Positions 39,785-51,258 are shown, counted from the stretch's first letter. The stretch: DNA of 64,000 bases from Fibrobacteria bacterium (GCA_043745805.1 JAYTSD010000038.1:34807-98806), one strand, 5' to 3'. Notes: generated by a model not told the origin, from the letters alone. A program made the numbers and translations.

Positions 39785-42229
39785 ATGAGCATTCTATACT
39801 CCACCGAACAGCTACAGGAAAAATTTCCTATGGGGCATAAATCTATGTCCTTCGCTAGACTTGCCGATGGCTTAAGGCGCGAAAAGAAAATCGATGAGGC
39901 TATTGCACTCTGTAAACAAGGCATCGCGCAATTTCCACATTATCTAAGCGGATATTTGATATTGGCAAAATGCCTAATTGAAACCGATAAACCCGACGAA
40001 GCTAAACTGCAATTAGAATCGGCTTTAAAAATCGATCCCAAATGTTTATATGCCTTAAAGGCTTTAGGTGACATATTGGTTACCTTGCAATGGCAAAATG
40101 CTGGAGCTGATTTATACGCCAAAGTTTTACAAATTGATCCATGGGATAATCAAGTTCAATCCCTTTATGCACGGTATGCAAAAGTAACCGCAGCCACTCC
40201 TGCTGCTGTCGAATTTAAACCCATAGCGCCTTTGCGTCCCCCTGTGGGTGGTGAAAGCTTGCCTTTCTTGACGCCTCCTCCTCATTTGGAAGCAGCAGCG
40301 AATATTGTGGACATGCCACTTAATGATGATTTGCAAATGTTACCTGAAGAATTGGATGGAAGCTCACTTTCCGATGCTTTAGAAGCGCTACCTTTTTTCC
40401 AAGAAACCGTGACTACTCCGGCACAAGAAATAACTGGCGAGCGCAAAAGCTTAACTTTGGCCGATGAAATTAGCCTTCCTGAAGCATCTGAAGTACTCGA
40501 AGTAACAGATATAACTGAAGTACCTGAAAATATTGTTTCGGTTTCTGATACTGCCTTTGCGCCTAATCCAATATTGGAAATGGAAAGAGAAGAGCAGGCT
40601 TTCGCTTCAGATGAGAACGCTTCGGTTTCGGGTAATGATATTGAAGAGGCTATGGATAAGCTTTTTGATCCTAAGCCAATCACGACAGACTTTACCATGG
40701 AGCAAGATGCCTTTGCTACTCAAGCTATGCCAATAGCAGAAGAGCATAAACCGACGCATGAATTTATCGAAGCGTCGAGTGTCACACAAACTTTGGAAAG
40801 AACGGTTGAATTCGAAGAGGAAATCAAAAAAGATGGATCGGCTACGGCGACCATGCCCGTTACTTCCGAGAATCCTGTTAGTGGCTCGGATGTCGCTCAA
40901 CGTCTCGAAGATATTTTTACTCCAGAAAGCGATACTCATGCTGATCCTCGCAGTGAGGAAATGGAAAGTGTAACGGAAGCCATGTCAGCTATATCAGCGA
41001 CTGAAACGCAAGCGCACATTTTGGAACCAGAAGAGTTTACTGGTTTAACCGATACCGACCGAGTACTAGGTGATGATGTTGTTGCACAGTTGGATTCACT
41101 TTTCCCCGATGATAGTTTTCCCCCTGTGGCTCAGTCAATTATTGAGCCAGAAGTAGAAGCAGAAAGTATTACCAGAGCCGTTAATATTGACCTAGCGGAA
41201 GCAAATGAAAATCTTGAACTTGAGCAGACCATGATGTTGCCTATTTCAAGAGAAGAATTGCCATTACCTGAAGTTGAGATCGATGCCCCGCTAAAATCGG
41301 CGGAACCCTTAACCCAATTCCCTTCAGAATCCATGCAGGAAGAGGATGAAAATATTACGGCAGGCCAGGCCACCATGGTTTTGTCTCGAGCCCAATTCGA
41401 GGATGCACCCACACTACCAGACATGCCATCGTCAGTGGATGAAGGTACAGGCGTTTTTGATTTACGAACACAATTAGCGGCCTCAGAGCATACGGAAACT
41501 ATTCCGGTGGTAGACGGTCGTGATATTACGGATCGCTTGGATGAATTGTTTGGAGCCGAAGATACCCATTATCAACCCATTGAAATGGTGGTCGAAAATG
41601 AGGCGCCTGGGCTGGAGGAAACAAGCTCCACGATTGATTTTAATTTAGAACCTCAACCCATAATGGAAATAGATTCTAAGTCCGATATTGCTACTGATTT
41701 TATGACTCCCGTTGTTTCCGGGGATGATGTTAGCGCGCGACTGGATCAAATTTTTCAAGAAGAGCCTACGGGGATGTTTAAGGTTATGGTTGATCCTACA
41801 GCCGACGCTTCGGATCTTGAAACTAGCGATGATATTTTACATCGGCCCTTATTAGGTGGAAATATTATGGAAACGTCTGCATTTCCGCTTGCGAATTTGC
41901 AAGAGGAGTCGAATACAGAAGAGATTATTTCTGCCACATCTGACGATAATTTCGAAGAAGAGGAAACTTCTGCACTAGGAAGTGCTCCAAATGTTGCCAC
42001 AGTGACCCTTGCGGAAATATATTTCCAGCAAGGATTAAAAGAACAGGCTTTACAGATTTATCGTCAGCTTTTGGAACTCGAACCGGATAACACATCGGTT
42101 CAAAAACGGAAATTGGAAATTGAAGCGAACTTAGCTGAAGAAGCTAAGCGCAGTCCAGAGGAAAGCGATACCGATTTCCCTCGGCGGAAGCCAAGACCTG
42201 GATTAAAAGTTCCCAAAAGAAAAAAATAA
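39785..42229 (+). CDS. TPR protein with long acidic disordered linker containing 5 repeated helical motifs
   Basis: N-terminal TPRs; E/D/P/T-rich middle; C-terminal TVTLAEIYFQQG TPR-like cap and basic tail. Confidence 0.8.
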   Translation: MSILYSTEQLQEKFPMGHKSMSFARLADGLRREKKIDEAIALCKQGIAQFPHYLSGYLILAKCLIETDKPDEAKLQLESALKIDPKCLYALKALGDILVTLQWQNAGADLYAKVLQIDPWDNQVQSLYARYAKVTAATPAAVEFKPIAPLRPPVGGESLPFLTPPPHLEAAANIVDMPLNDDLQMLPEELDGSSLSDALEALPFFQETVTTPAQEITGERKSLTLADEISLPEASEVLEVTDITEVPENIVSVSDTAFAPNPILEMEREEQAFASDENASVSGNDIEEAMDKLFDPKPITTDFTMEQDAFATQAMPIAEEHKPTHEFIEASSVTQTLERTVEFEEEIKKDGSATATMPVTSENPVSGSDVAQRLEDIFTPESDTHADPRSEEMESVTEAMSAISATETQAHILEPEEFTGLTDTDRVLGDDVVAQLDSLFPDDSFPPVAQSIIEPEVEAESITRAVNIDLAEANENLELEQTMMLPISREELPLPEVEIDAPLKSAEPLTQFPSESMQEEDENITAGQATMVLSRAQFEDAPTLPDMPSSVDEGTGVFDLRTQLAASEHTETIPVVDGRDITDRLDELFGAEDTHYQPIEMVVENEAPGLEETSSTIDFNLEPQPIMEIDSKSDIATDFMTPVVSGDDVSARLDQIFQEEPTGMFKVMVDPTADASDLETSDDILHRPLLGGNIMETSAFPLANLQEESNTEEIISATSDDNFEEEETSALGSAPNVATVTLAEIYFQQGLKEQALQIYRQLLELEPDNTSVQKRKLEIEANLAEEAKRSPEESDTDFPRRKPRPGLKVPKRKK

Positions 42230-42253
42230 TTTTATTGCCGGAAAGGGTAGGGC

Positions 42254-42736
42254 ATGGAACTGAGCGATGTCACTCAACTTGTCAAACTATTAGACAAAAG
42301 TAATTTAACGGAAATCAGCTATAGCGATGAAACCACGAAATTGGTTTTAAAGAAGGAGCTGTTTGCAGCGCCTTCCGCGCAGGCTCCCGCTATGCAATAC
42401 ATTCAAGCGCCCGCATTTGCTTCGGCGCCTGCTGGGTCTTATGCGGCCTCAACAGGGAATGGGGAATTATCCATTGCAGAGAAAGCAACAAGCAAATCGA
42501 AAGAAATTACCTCGCCTATGGTGGGTACTTTTTATTCAAGCGCTACGCCAGGTGCAGCGGCTTTGGTACAAGTGGGGACTACGGTAAAACCGGGAATGGT
42601 ACTTTGTATTATTGAAGCTATGAAAATCATGAATGAAATCGAAAGTGATATTGCTGGCGTGGTGGAAGAAGTGTGTGTAACCAATGAAATGCCCGTTGAA
42701 TATGGGACCGTTTTGTTTCGCGTGAGACCTCTCTAA
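42254..42736 (+). CDS. accB: biotin carboxyl carrier protein
   Basis: ITSPMVGTFY and IIEAMKIMNEI biotinylation motif. Confidence 0.96.
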   Translation: MELSDVTQLVKLLDKSNLTEISYSDETTKLVLKKELFAAPSAQAPAMQYIQAPAFASAPAGSYAASTGNGELSIAEKATSKSKEITSPMVGTFYSSATPGAAALVQVGTTVKPGMVLCIIEAMKIMNEIESDIAGVVEEVCVTNEMPVEYGTVLFRVRPL

Positions 42737-42742
42737 GTAAAA

Positions 42743-43843
42743 ATGAATATCGAAGCGCTTCTCAAAGAAATGATATTGCGGAACGCGTCCGATTTGCATT
42801 TGCGAGTGGGATCACAACCTGCATTTCGTATCAATGGGGAGCTTTATCGTATGCAAGGGGATAGGCTTTCCCAAGAACAGATGGAGCAATTCATTCTGGA
42901 CTTAATGGACCGTAACCAAAAAGCTAAATTCGATGAAACCCAAGAATTTGATTTTGCCGTAGGGGTACGTAACATTGGGCGTTTCCGCGTAAATGCTTAC
43001 CGGCAACGTGGCACTTCCGCTCTTTCCTTGCGTGCCATTGTGGGTGTGGTTCCTGTTTTCGATCAACTCGGCTTACCGGAAGTGATTCGTGATTTAGCCT
43101 TGCGTAAGCGCGGATTAATCTTGTTAACAGGTACTACTGGATCAGGCAAGAGTACCACTTTAGCTTCGATGATAGATCATATTAATGAACATACGTCTTC
43201 GAATATTATTACTATCGAAGACCCTATTGAATTTTTATACAAAGACAAAAAAAGTATTATTTCCCAGCGGGAAGTCATTACTGATACCGGAGGATTTCCT
43301 ACGGCATTGCGATCGGCTTTTCGGCAAGATCCAGATGTGATTTTGCTGGGTGAAATTCGAGATGCCGAAACCATGTCTATTGCTTTAACAGCAGCCGATA
43401 CGGGGCATTTGGTATTGTCTACTTTACATACGATGAACGCGGTAGAAACCGTAAATCGTATTGTTTCATTTTTTCCTCCTCATCAACATCAGCAAATACG
43501 TTTGATGTTAGCGAATACACTAGTAGCGGTTATTACTTTACGATTACTGGTACGCAAAGATGGGCGAGGTCGCGTACCGGCTTGTGAAATTATGGTGAAC
43601 AATGCCACGGTTCGTGAATTATTAAATCAACCTGAGAATACTCATTTGATAGATACAGCCATCCGGGAAGGGTTCACGCAATACGGTTCCCAATCCTTTG
43701 ATCAGAGCATGCTGCGCTTATTCCAAGATGATCTCATTAGTTATGAGACCGCTTTGCGCAATGCAAGCAACCCGGATGATTTTGAACTTAAAGTCAGAGG
43801 GGTGGAAGGTACCTCAGATAGAAGTTGGATGTCCGGTGTTTAA
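42743..43843 (+). CDS. type IV pilus retraction ATPase PilT/PilU family
   Basis: [45 protein letters not shown] and [11 protein letters not shown] motifs. Confidence 0.93.
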   Translation: MNIEALLKEMILRNASDLHLRVGSQPAFRINGELYRMQGDRLSQEQMEQFILDLMDRNQKAKFDETQEFDFAVGVRNIGRFRVNAYRQRGTSALSLRAIVGVVPVFDQLGLPEVIRDLALRKRGLILLTGTTGSGKSTTLASMIDHINEHTSSNIITIEDPIEFLYKDKKSIISQREVITDTGGFPTALRSAFRQDPDVILLGEIRDAETMSIALTAADTGHLVLSTLHTMNAVETVNRIVSFFPPHQHQQIRLMLANTLVAVITLRLLVRKDGRGRVPACEIMVNNATVRELLNQPENTHLIDTAIREGFTQYGSQSFDQSMLRLFQDDLISYETALRNASNPDDFELKVRGVEGTSDRSWMSGV

Positions 43844-45197
43844 AAAGATTTTAATTGCCAATCGTGGCGAAATTGCACTTCGTATAATACGTACTTGTAA
43901 AGAAATGGGCATAAAAACCGTTGCGGTGCATTCTACTGCGGATGAACATTCCTTACATGTGCATTTTGCGGATGAAGATATTTGTATTGGCCCTCCTGCT
44001 TCAAAAAGCAGTTATTTGAATATGAAACAAATTTTAGCGGCGGCGGAATTGACCAATGCCGATGCGATACATCCAGGTTACGGCTTCCTTTCGGAAAACG
44101 CAAAGTTCGCGGAAATGTGTCAAGAAAATAAAACGGTTTTCATCGGACCCACTGCCGAATTAATTCAATCCATGGGTGATAAGAGCACGGCTAAAGCCAC
44201 TATGAAAAAAAGCGGTGTGCCAACTATTCCCGGATCCGAAGGCTTGGTATTAACTTTAAAAGATGCTTTAGTTGCAGCGCAGCAAGTAGGTTACCCTGTT
44301 ATTGTGAAAGCTTCGGCTGGTGGGGGTGGACGCGGTATGCGGGTGGCCTACAATGAAGACGAATTAAAAAAAGTTTATCCGGTTGCTGTGGCAGAAGCCG
44401 TGGCCTGCTTTAGCCGAGGTGACTTATACCTTGAACGTTATTTCACCGAACCACGTCATGTGGAAATTCAACTTATCGGTGATAATTTTGGCAATATGGT
44501 TTATTTAGGCGAACGAGATTGCTCTATTCAACGCCGTCATCAAAAATTAATTGAAGAAAGCCCAAGCCCAGCAGTAACTCCTGAGATACGTCAGAAAATG
44601 GGAAAAATCGCTGTTGCCGGTGCATTACAAGCAGGCTATACCAATGCAGGAACCATTGAGTTTCTTTTTGATAAAGACTCTTCTTTTTATTTTATGGAAA
44701 TGAATACTCGTATTCAAGTGGAGCATCCGGTTACCGAATGTATTACCGGTGTCGATTTAGTACGCGCGCAAATCAAAGTAGCTGCGGGTGAGAAATTAGA
44801 GTTCTCGCAAAAAAGTATTTTGTTGGCGGGTCATGCCATTGAGTGTCGCATCAATGCGGAAGATCCTTATAATGACTTTAGACCTAGTCCAGGATTAATT
44901 ACCCATTTTAATTTGCCCGGTGGCATGGGTGTACGTGTCGATACACATTGTTATAGTGGTTATCAAGTACCTCCTAATTATGATAGCATGATCGCCAAAT
45001 TAATAGTACATGCCCCGACGCGTGAATTTGCCATAGCTCGCATGTTACGGGCTCTTGACGAATTTGTCATTGAAGGCGTGAAAACCACCATTCCTTTACA
45101 TAAACGTATTTTACAACATCCTAAATTTATCAAGGGTGAATATACCACCCGCTTTTTGGAACAAAATCCAGAATTGTTTGTGGAAAAAATCGCATGA
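43836..45197 (+). CDS. accC: biotin carboxylase
   Basis: [44 protein letters not shown] start at 43836 overlaps the pilT stop. Confidence 0.96.
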   Translation: MFKKILIANRGEIALRIIRTCKEMGIKTVAVHSTADEHSLHVHFADEDICIGPPASKSSYLNMKQILAAAELTNADAIHPGYGFLSENAKFAEMCQENKTVFIGPTAELIQSMGDKSTAKATMKKSGVPTIPGSEGLVLTLKDALVAAQQVGYPVIVKASAGGGGRGMRVAYNEDELKKVYPVAVAEAVACFSRGDLYLERYFTEPRHVEIQLIGDNFGNMVYLGERDCSIQRRHQKLIEESPSPAVTPEIRQKMGKIAVAGALQAGYTNAGTIEFLFDKDSSFYFMEMNTRIQVEHPVTECITGVDLVRAQIKVAAGEKLEFSQKSILLAGHAIECRINAEDPYNDFRPSPGLITHFNLPGGMGVRVDTHCYSGYQVPPNYDSMIAKLIVHAPTREFAIARMLRALDEFVIEGVKTTIPLHKRILQHPKFIKGEYTTRFLEQNPELFVEKIA

Positions 45198-46171
45198 GTG
45201 TCTTATTAAAAAAAATCAGTATTAGTTCTGCTTCTGAAATGGTGGGTGTATGGCCGGCCATATTCATGCCTTTAAATAACGATGATCCTAAACGTTTAAA
45301 TAATACCATTGATTATGCAAAGGCGAAAAAAATCATCGATGATTTAATTGCCGAAGGGGTAACGGGATTGGTACCTGTAGGAACCACGGGTCAAAGTCCC
45401 ACGGTGAGCACCACGCAACATCTAGATTTTATTCGTTTCACTGTTGATTATGTGAATGGCCGTGTGCCCATTATTGCCGGAGCCGGATCAAATTGCACAC
45501 GCGAATCCGTAGATATGATTCAAAAGATTCAAAGTGCTTTAGGATCAGTTGCCGTGCTTTGTGTGACTGGTTATTATAATAATCCTCCACAAGAAGGATT
45601 GCTTGCGCATTATCGAATCCTTTCAAAAGAAACCGGCTCCAAGATTGTGATCTATAATGTGCCGGCACGCACAGCAAGTTATTTGGAAGCTGAAACGGTT
45701 TTGGAATTAAGTAGCGATGTCAATATCATTGGGCTTAAACAAGCGGTGGATTTCAAAAGCGCAGGAAAATTTCGCGAGGATACGCAACGTATTGGCTCAC
45801 AAGTTAACGCTTCAGAATTCTCCTTATTCACAGGTGAAGATGATGCCTTCTATTCCATTTTAGAATTAGGCGGACAAGGTATTATTACCGCAGCGGGAAA
45901 TATTCCCGAGGTGGCACGCCAATATTTACAACTATGGAAGCAATACAAAGAGGGTAACAAAGCTGCTGCGGAGCAAATTCAAAAAGATTTAGCCCCAATT
46001 ATTCAAGCGGTATTCTGTCGTAAAAACCCAATTCCTTTGGGAACTTTTTTTAATTCCCCCCTTTATTTGCCTCTAGTTTCCGTAAGTGAAACCGAAGGTG
46101 GGGGCGAGGCGCACCATCAAATTATGAATCTTATTGAAAAATCAATACCTAGTTTGAAGAAATATCATTGA
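45194..46171 (+). CDS. dapA: 4-hydroxy-tetrahydrodipicolinate synthase (divergent)
   Basis: [30 protein letters not shown] and IIGLK (Schiff-base Lys) motifs. Confidence 0.8.
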   Translation: MSVLLKKISISSASEMVGVWPAIFMPLNNDDPKRLNNTIDYAKAKKIIDDLIAEGVTGLVPVGTTGQSPTVSTTQHLDFIRFTVDYVNGRVPIIAGAGSNCTRESVDMIQKIQSALGSVAVLCVTGYYNNPPQEGLLAHYRILSKETGSKIVIYNVPARTASYLEAETVLELSSDVNIIGLKQAVDFKSAGKFREDTQRIGSQVNASEFSLFTGEDDAFYSILELGGQGIITAAGNIPEVARQYLQLWKQYKEGNKAAAEQIQKDLAPIIQAVFCRKNPIPLGTFFNSPLYLPLVSVSETEGGGEAHHQIMNLIEKSIPSLKKYH

Positions 46172-46722
46172 CACAATTTAGCGATAAACGCTTACAGCAT
46201 ATTCACGACAAAATTCGCACCATACCCAATTGGCCTAAGCCAGGTGTGCAATTCCGCGACATTACCACATTATGGAATGATGCCGAAGGGTTTCAGCTTT
46301 CCACCGATCTTTTTGCAGAAGCTTTTCGTAAGCTGGATTTCGACAAAGTGGTAGGGATTGAAAGTCGTGGTTTTATTTTAGGGGCTGCGTTGGCGGATCG
46401 TTTGGGCAAGGGGTTTATTCCTATTCGCAAAGCCGGAAAATTACCTGCGACCGTGGAACGTTATGAATATGAATTGGAATACGGTAAAGACTGCGTGGAG
46501 ATTCATCATGATGCTTTAAAACCAGGTGAAAAGGTTTTATTGATGGATGATTTAATGGCGACTGGCGGTACCATGCATGCTTCCATTGAGTTGATCAAAA
46601 AAGTTCAGGGTATTGTAGTAGCGTGCGCGGTACTGGTGAATTTGCCTGATTTGGGTGGCGCGAAGATCTTGCAGGATCAAGGCCATAAAGTTTTTGCCTT
46701 ATTGGAATTTGCAGGCGAATAA
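46168..46722 (+). CDS. apt: adenine phosphoribosyltransferase
   Basis: WPKPGVQFRDIT, ESRGF, RKAGKLP and DDLMATGGT motifs. Confidence 0.96.
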   Translation: MTQFSDKRLQHIHDKIRTIPNWPKPGVQFRDITTLWNDAEGFQLSTDLFAEAFRKLDFDKVVGIESRGFILGAALADRLGKGFIPIRKAGKLPATVERYEYELEYGKDCVEIHHDALKPGEKVLLMDDLMATGGTMHASIELIKKVQGIVVACAVLVNLPDLGGAKILQDQGHKVFALLEFAGE

Positions 46723-46738
46723 ACCGTACACTTAAGAC

Positions 46739-47551
46739 ATGCTGTGGAAAAATTTTAAGGGAAATCTTTTTCGCTTTATTGGACCCAATGTCTATCGCGG
46801 TATTCATGCCGGCTATTTTTTTATTCGCCTTATTTACGCTTTATGCTCTTCACGTTTCGGTGAAAAATTTTTTGGTCGCGACTTAATTGCTTTTGCGGAT
46901 CGATTAAAACCCGGGGATCAAGTATTAGATATAGGGGCTTTTCTTGGAGCCTCAACGGTATTGTTTGGAAAAGCTGTTGGACGAAAGGGCCTAGTTATTG
47001 CCTTCGAACCGATACATGCTCGTTTACTCAAGGTTATTTTAAAACCATTCTGTTTAAAACAAATTTCGGTGAAGAACATAGCCTTAGCAGCAAAAAATGG
47101 AAACACTGAATTAGTAATCCCTCTCTATAATGGAATTCCGCTTTACTCGCAATCGGGATTTATGGAATCTTATATCGGCGATCATATCGGCAAGGAATAT
47201 ACTTTTCAAAAATTTACTACGTCACTTATAAGGCTAGATGATTTTCTCTTGCAGAGAGGGATTGCTCCCGAGTCTTTAACCGCCATTAAAATTGATGTGG
47301 AAGGGGCTGAGATGGCCGTTTTTGAAGGCGCAGAGGATTTTTTTAGACGTTTTAAGGGAATGCTTTTATGTGAATTTTGGTATAATCAAAACCCACCTTT
47401 AGGTTGGATTTGGCTACAAGAACGAGGGTATTCTTGCAGTCACCTTAGAAAGGATAATGTCTGGGTTTTGGTTAATACTCCGGAAGCACTTGCTGCAATA
47501 AGTCGAGGAGAAACTTATGGAAACTTTTTTTGGGAAAAACTCAACAAATAG
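46739..47551 (+). CDS. FkbM family methyltransferase
   Basis: LDIGAFLG, AFEP and IKIDVEGAE motifs. Confidence 0.85.
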   Translation: MLWKNFKGNLFRFIGPNVYRGIHAGYFFIRLIYALCSSRFGEKFFGRDLIAFADRLKPGDQVLDIGAFLGASTVLFGKAVGRKGLVIAFEPIHARLLKVILKPFCLKQISVKNIALAAKNGNTELVIPLYNGIPLYSQSGFMESYIGDHIGKEYTFQKFTTSLIRLDDFLLQRGIAPESLTAIKIDVEGAEMAVFEGAEDFFRRFKGMLLCEFWYNQNPPLGWIWLQERGYSCSHLRKDNVWVLVNTPEALAAISRGETYGNFFWEKLNK

Positions 47552-47797
47552 ATCTTAATGTTTCCGAAAACTAATATGCTAATAGTTAGTAGTATTATAA
47601 TTAGTAATATTATTTGTTCCAATAAATTAATCGTACGATAAATAATTTGAGTATTTTTTGAGATTGTTGTTTCAATTTTATTTCAGATCACTCATTAGAA
47701 ATAGAGAAGAAACTTTTGAGTAATGTGACTGAAATTTTATTGAAATCATAAACCCTTAATATTCCCTCCTTGTAATTGGAATACAACGGAGGAAAAT

Positions 47798-48646
47798 TTG
47801 CATAAGTTTTATTGGGTAATGTTCGCCTTATATTTAGGGTTTGGACAAACCACCACAATCGCAGCTGAACCCGCAACAGCTGCGGAAGCAAAAATGCAAG
47901 TCGAACGTCTAAAACAAGACATTGCACATGAAGAAAAAACTTGGTCGGAAGAAGTCACCCATGAAAAAGAAGCAGAAAATAAACGTCGTCAGCGCTTTAC
48001 TGAGTTCAATCAAGATAAACAGCATTTACAACAAGCTATTGCGGAACAAGAAAACAAACTCAAGGCACTGTTAGGGAAAATGGAAAGCCATCAATTCAAA
48101 GAAAAAGAATTGCAGGCAAGGTTTTCTCAGTTCAATCGAGTTATTAATGCTCAAGCTTTAGAATTGCGTAAGGTTATGAGTTTAGGTTTACCCTATCAAA
48201 TGGATAAGCGTACTTCCTCATTGAATTTATTGTCACGCGATTTACAAAGCGAAAACATTTCTCCTGAAGAAGGAATGAATCGTTTGTGGGCTGTATATCA
48301 AAATGAACGAAGAATAGCTCAAGATGCAGAAGTATATTCTGGTGATTTTAATAATGAAGGTGGCGACCCAATCCAAGTTAAATATCTTCGCATTGGCAGA
48401 CAAATTTTAGCGTTCAGTTCGCTGGATGGAATGCAATTAGGGATTCTTAGAAACCCAAGGGCGGAACAGTATGTTTGGATGAGAGAAAGGGAAATGGATT
48501 TCGCAACACGCCAAGCATTGAAGCAGGCAATAGCGACTGCGGAAGGAAAGTCGGTTCCAGGTTTTGCACCTTTTCCGATTTGGAAAAATACGTTTGCTTT
48601 TAATCACAGCTCCGATAGTTTGAATTTATCCATGGGGAAAAAGTAA
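47798..48646 (+). CDS. DUF3450-like coiled-coil periplasmic protein (TtpB-like)
   Basis: GGAGG RBS, TTG start, signal peptide, coiled coil, GLPY and YLRIGR motifs; first gene of the ExbB/ExbD/TonB cluster. Confidence 0.7.
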   Translation: MHKFYWVMFALYLGFGQTTTIAAEPATAAEAKMQVERLKQDIAHEEKTWSEEVTHEKEAENKRRQRFTEFNQDKQHLQQAIAEQENKLKALLGKMESHQFKEKELQARFSQFNRVINAQALELRKVMSLGLPYQMDKRTSSLNLLSRDLQSENISPEEGMNRLWAVYQNERRIAQDAEVYSGDFNNEGGDPIQVKYLRIGRQILAFSSLDGMQLGILRNPRAEQYVWMREREMDFATRQALKQAIATAEGKSVPGFAPFPIWKNTFAFNHSSDSLNLSMGKK

Positions 48647-50208
48647 TGAGAAAAATATTATCTTTATTTTCTATCACTTTAGTAGCCATAATACTATTAC
48701 AAAATACTACTCAAGCTGAAACTCGCCGACGAGAAGAGCAAAAAGTTCAAGAAGAATTGGACAAGGCTCGACAAGAATTGGATTTATATCGTAAACAATT
48801 AGATGATACGCGTATTAAACGCTGGCAAGATAAACGTAATGCTGTTGCCGCTCAAGAAGCCTTTAGTGAAGCATGGGGCGACCTTAAAGCCGAAATCGAC
48901 AGATTAAATCAGGTTAAAAATCAAAAAGAAGAGACCTCACTACGATTGCAAACTCAGGAATCGGAAAAGGATCATGAAGTCGCTGAACAAGAAAATCGTC
49001 TCAAACAATTTGGATTACAAATTCAAGAAAAATTAAATGAATTGGAGCAAGCAACAGAAAATGGATTTCCCATTCGAACCGTGGAAAAGCTTGGGCAAAT
49101 ATCCAACTTCAAACAATCTTTAGCACAAGGAAATAATGCATCAGGGTCAGCTTTAGAAAAGTTGTTTACGCTTTCCTTACAAGATTTTCAAGACGGTGAG
49201 TCGAGAGAACTTGTTCGAGATAAATTGGCAGTAGAAGGGTTAGCTACTCAAACGGGAAGTGCGGGAGGTCGTGTTAATGCAGCCGCTCAGGCTAAACGTG
49301 TAGCCGGATATAAAATTCGTTTGGGACAAGTTTATGCGGCATTTATTAGCACCGAAAGTGAAGATGTCGCCATTTTAGGAAAGACGGGGAGAATAGATTC
49401 CAAGTCTTGGGAATGGATCGAAGATTTGCCTGAAGGTACACGCAAAAATTTACGGCAAGCTGTTGAAGGGCTAGCAGGAAATCAGGACATTAGTTTTCTG
49501 CCCATTGATGTTTTGTTGATCAAAGCGAATGGTGAGGGGTTTACCAGTAAATCCTCAAACACTTTTTGGAAAAGCGTGCAGCATGAATTCGATGGAGGCG
49601 GTTGGGTAATGTGGCCTATCATGACTCTAGCAGGATTAGGCATACTCATTATTTTCGAAAAAACGTTTGTCTTTTTACGAATGGATCAGAATGCACAAAA
49701 ATTAGCCGACGAAGTTTTTGCTTTATCCGCTGCCGGCCGTATTCCACAAGCTATGGACCTTTGTCGAAAAGCTAAAGGATCCGTAAGTCGTGTGTTACTG
49801 TCAATTTTAGAAAATTCAAATGATTCTCGAGAAGAAGCCGAAAGTCATGCGCATGAGGTTATGCTTCATGAAGCTCCTATTTTAGAACGCCGTATTACAA
49901 CTATGAATATTTTGGCGGCGGCGTCGCCTTTAGTAGGTTTATTGGGTACGGTAACTGGTATGGTACGTTTATTTGATGTCATTACTGTACATGGAACGGG
50001 TAACCCAAAGCTTATGGCGGGTGGAATTTCGGAAGCTTTAATCGCAACGAAATGGGGGCTAGGTGTAGCCATTCCCATGCTTTTATCCTATAACTGGTTG
50101 GATACGTGGTCGGGGAAAATTATTGGTAATATGGAAAAATATTCTGCACGCTTATTGAATTTACTCTTTGTGCGAAATCGAAAAAAAGTGGAAGAAAATG
50201 TTTTTTGA
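48646..50208 (+). CDS. large MotA/TolQ/ExbB proton channel protein (TtpC-like)
   Basis: Periplasmic coiled coil, then GGWVMWPI, SPLVGLLGTVTGM and GGISEALIAT. Confidence 0.85.
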   Translation: MRKILSLFSITLVAIILLQNTTQAETRRREEQKVQEELDKARQELDLYRKQLDDTRIKRWQDKRNAVAAQEAFSEAWGDLKAEIDRLNQVKNQKEETSLRLQTQESEKDHEVAEQENRLKQFGLQIQEKLNELEQATENGFPIRTVEKLGQISNFKQSLAQGNNASGSALEKLFTLSLQDFQDGESRELVRDKLAVEGLATQTGSAGGRVNAAAQAKRVAGYKIRLGQVYAAFISTESEDVAILGKTGRIDSKSWEWIEDLPEGTRKNLRQAVEGLAGNQDISFLPIDVLLIKANGEGFTSKSSNTFWKSVQHEFDGGGWVMWPIMTLAGLGILIIFEKTFVFLRMDQNAQKLADEVFALSAAGRIPQAMDLCRKAKGSVSRVLLSILENSNDSREEAESHAHEVMLHEAPILERRITTMNILAAASPLVGLLGTVTGMVRLFDVITVHGTGNPKLMAGGISEALIATKWGLGVAIPMLLSYNWLDTWSGKIIGNMEKYSARLLNLLFVRNRKKVEENVF

Positions 50209-50851
50209 ACAAATTTTTTCCGGCCTCACTAAAGCGGGATGGGTTATTATTCCTCTTGTTTTTGTTTCATTTGGTGGGTGGTATTTAATATTTCATCGGG
50301 GCATGGTTTTACAAAAATTATCAGGTGGGCCTGCGCTTAAGTGGCGAACAGCATTGCATGCCCATGATTGGGAATCGTGGCTCAATGGATTGTCGATTCG
50401 ACAACAAAAAACATTAACAGGAGCTACTCTAAAAACGTTATATAATTTGCGTGATGAGGGGCGCGAGGCGATGGAAGCTAAATTAGATGAGCTCATGAAA
50501 TTTGGGATTCCAGAATTGGAAAAAAGCTTGTCGACTCTCGCTATTTTTGCAATGGCTGCCCCTTTAATGGGTTTACTGGGAACGGTGAATGGAATGGTGC
50601 AAACCTTCCAAGTGATAAGTGCTTTTGGTACTGGTAACACAGCACTTATGTCGGATAGTATTGCGGAATCGCTTATGGCAACTCAAAATGGTTTATTGGT
50701 TGCATTTCCCTTGATGATTATGCATATGCGCTTAACCTCTAAAGCCGAGGCGATTGAAAAAACGACTTTGTCAACGGCACACGCTTTAATCAACCGTTGT
50801 TTCGTATCGGAAATAGAAATGCCAGAAAATATTTTAGGAGGCCGTGCATGA
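50198..50851 (+). CDS. exbB: MotA/TolQ/ExbB proton channel protein
   Basis: APLMGLLGTVNGMVQTF and SIAESLMATQNGL; ATG at 50198. Confidence 0.85.
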   Translation: MFFEQIFSGLTKAGWVIIPLVFVSFGGWYLIFHRGMVLQKLSGGPALKWRTALHAHDWESWLNGLSIRQQKTLTGATLKTLYNLRDEGREAMEAKLDELMKFGIPELEKSLSTLAIFAMAAPLMGLLGTVNGMVQTFQVISAFGTGNTALMSDSIAESLMATQNGLLVAFPLMIMHMRLTSKAEAIEKTTLSTAHALINRCFVSEIEMPENILGGRA

Positions 50852-51258
50852 TTCCTGCGATTAGGAAAAGAGGACGTAAGGATGTAGAAATCGCCATTGT
50901 TAATTTGGTAGATGTCATTTTTGTGTTACTTATATTTTTTATCATGACAACAACCTTTTCCAAGGAAACAGGTTTGGATATTACTAAACCTGCGGCAAGT
51001 TCTGCAACCCAATTGGAAAAACAAAACATTCTCATTGGAATTGGCAAAGAGGGCACTATTCATTTGGATGAACGCCAAGTCGATTTAACATTATTACAAA
51101 ACATTTTGCGTCGAGAAGTAGCGGAGGATGCTGAACGCACTGTGGTTATTGTGGCCGACCGTAATGCTGATTTGGGAGCGGTCGTTGATGTTATGGATGA
51201 GTGCAATTTGGCAGGTGTTAAAAAAGTGTCCGTTGCTTCGAATCAGGACGCTAAATGA
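50848..51258 (+). CDS. exbD: biopolymer transporter ExbD
   Basis: NLVDVIFVLLIFFIMTTTF, IVADR and VVDVMDEC; ATG at 50848. Confidence 0.9.
   Translation: MIPAIRKRGRKDVEIAIVNLVDVIFVLLIFFIMTTTFSKETGLDITKPAASSATQLEKQNILIGIGKEGTIHLDERQVDLTLLQNILRREVAEDAERTVVIVADRNADLGAVVDVMDECNLAGVKKVSVASNQDAK

Noticed and set aside
40625-41755. CRISPR-like or DNA tandem repeat array
   Set aside because: The repeats are conserved only at protein level and are irregularly spaced within one ORF
43698-43835. 46-aa N-terminal extension of AccC
   Set aside because: It lies within pilT; GTG 43836 gives the canonical [12 protein letters not shown] start
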